Shown: piece after piece, positions 27,860-29,083 of the stretch | How positions within the stretch are numbered: the first letter of the stretch is position 1 | How the letters are laid out: each line of letters begins with the position of its first letter | Source: a virus | Lineage: Duplodnaviria > Heunggongvirae > Uroviricota > Caudoviricetes | Direction: 5' to 3' (one strand) | Virus record (IMG/VR): IMGVR_UViG_3300029092_000236 | DNA length: 29,083 bases | Notes under the pieces: model-generated | What the model was told of the DNA's origin: nothing | The model's database searches: none | Seen by the model: the letters and a program-made list of their open reading frames with translations, nothing else | Program-made: the position numbers and the translations under genes

Positions 27860-29083
27860 TCAGTTTGAATCAGAGATAGTACAATTAACAATCGATTCAA
27901 CCCTCTTCCACCATGCCAGGTAAGCTTTACGCTGTTCTTCTAGATAATCGCTCTTATCATAAACTTGCCATACCCCTGGCAGCTTATGACCAAGCATAAT
28001 TTCTGCGATATGAGGCGCAGTAAGATCAGAAAAATTTGTTCGTGCTGTCCGTCTCAAGTCATGAAGAGACCAATGAGGGAATTGATATCCTAAACGCCGC
28101 CACGCGTACTGCATTAAATTGTAAGGCAGCGACTGTAATGATGTCCTACCGACTGGCTCCCTGCTTCCTTCCTTAGTAAAAAGCATATCGGAACCGTTGT
28201 TCATAGAGATAACGTATTTTATAAGCTCTTCAACCGGTTCAATAATGGGCCGCTTTAGCGGTTCGCCTGTTATGTCCCCTGTCTTATGTCGTTCAGGTGG
28301 TACAGTCCATACCTTATTTATGAAATCAAAATCACCCACCCTAGCAGTAATTAGCTCCGAACTACGGCAACCAAAATGCAGTAATAGTTTAATGAAGGCC
28401 CGGTATTTGGGAACCATTCTAGAGCCATCGATCGCAGCATAAAGAATTTTAATTTCATCGTGTGTCAGAAACCGTTTCTTCTGACCTTTACGGATATCCA
28501 TATCTTTACCCGTGATATCCGACAGCGGGCGAGTTTCAATAAGCTTTCTCTTATACGCCCAGACATGGGCCTGCTTTGCGTTAATTAGCAATCGGTCTGC
28601 TATTGCTGGAGTCTTAGTGCTAAGAGGCTCCAGGACTTCTAACCAATCATGCAATGTAGCTGCATCGTGAGGGATATTCCCGATTTTAGAGAACAGGTGC
28701 AGCTCAAACGAGCGGAGTATCTGTTCAGAACCCTTTTTATTTTTTACACAATATGCTTCATACCAGGCACGGATCACAGACTCTACCGTCATGGCTTCAG
28801 TAGCTTTTCGTTTTTCAGCCTGCTTGACCAATCGTGGATTACGGTTTGACTCGAGTTCACCACGGAGACGGATAACTTCTTCTCTGGCCTCTTTTAATCC
28901 AGTTGCCGGGTAAGTTCCGATATCAAGACGCTCACCTTTCCCTGCCCATTGATAACGATATTGAAACACTACGCGACCTTTCGGTGATACTCTGACAGAC
29001 AGACCATCACGATCGGATTTAACCAAAACCTTATCACGTTCCTTTCCAACGACTGAACGCAACCACGCATCAGACAGCGCCAT
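27860..29083 (-). CDS. Tyrosine integrase (P4-type)
   Basis: 407 aa starting at the window edge (MALSDAWLRSVVGKERDKVLVKSDRDGLSVRVSPKGRVVFQYRYQWAGKGERLDIGTYP...). C-terminal catalytic region with HDLRRTARTN, LGHK and a downstream Tyr. Confidence 0.9.
   Translation of the reverse strand: MALSDAWLRSVVGKERDKVLVKSDRDGLSVRVSPKGRVVFQYRYQWAGKGERLDIGTYPATGLKEAREEVIRLRGELESNRNPRLVKQAEKRKATEAMTVESVIRAWYEAYCVKNKKGSEQILRSFELHLFSKIGNIPHDAATLHDWLEVLEPLSTKTPAIADRLLINAKQAHVWAYKRKLIETRPLSDITGKDMDIRKGQKKRFLTHDEIKILYAAIDGSRMVPKYRAFIKLLLHFGCRSSELITARVGDFDFINKVWTVPPERHKTGDITGEPLKRPIIEPVEELIKYVISMNNGSDMLFTKEGSREPVGRTSLQSLPYNLMQYAWRRLGYQFPHWSLHDLRRTARTNFSDLTAPHIAEIMLGHKLPGVWQVYDKSDYLEEQRKAYLAWWKRVESIVNCTISDSN

Overview
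This window reads as one lambdoid enterobacterial prophage, in reverse orientation, with an IS3-family element at its left edge. All protein-family calls are from reading the translations and recalled family signatures; no database search was run. Left to right: (1) an IS3-family IS (OrfA/OrfB with an A AAA AAG frameshift heptamer) inserted into the 3' end of a lambda gpU-like tail gene; (2) a minus-strand lambda-like head and packaging module (gpZ, FII-like, DUF2190-like, a ClpP-protease/major-capsid fusion, portal, gpW, TerL, TerS) with a candidate cos site upstream of TerS; (3) an AT-rich moron belt carrying three CspA-family paralogs and a Gns-family gene; (4) a pinholin / SAR-endolysin / Rz / Rz1 lysis cassette split by an ~0.9 kb insertion carrying two convergent unknown genes; (5) antiterminator Q with a candidate late promoter and terminator; (6) a nin-like region (DUF968/HNH-like, KilA-N, RusA, LexA-N-domain-only protein, PerC-like regulator); (7) a replication initiator with internal iterons, preceded by two translationally coupled unknown genes; (8) a divergent Cro-like / cI-like (S24 peptidase) immunity switch with palindromic operators; (9) a rightward early operon resembling yfdP-Q-R-S of CPS-53, ending in an AlpA-type excisionase; (10) an AT-rich solitary 239-aa gene with a possible HEPN-like motif beside a P4-type tyrosine integrase at the right edge. 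The strongest candidates for undescribed accessory systems are the lysis-cassette insertion (12724-13483), the integrase-adjacent AT-rich gene (26855-27574) and the coupled unknown pair in the replication operon (20198-21263). No CRISPR array, tRNA or rRNA was recognised.
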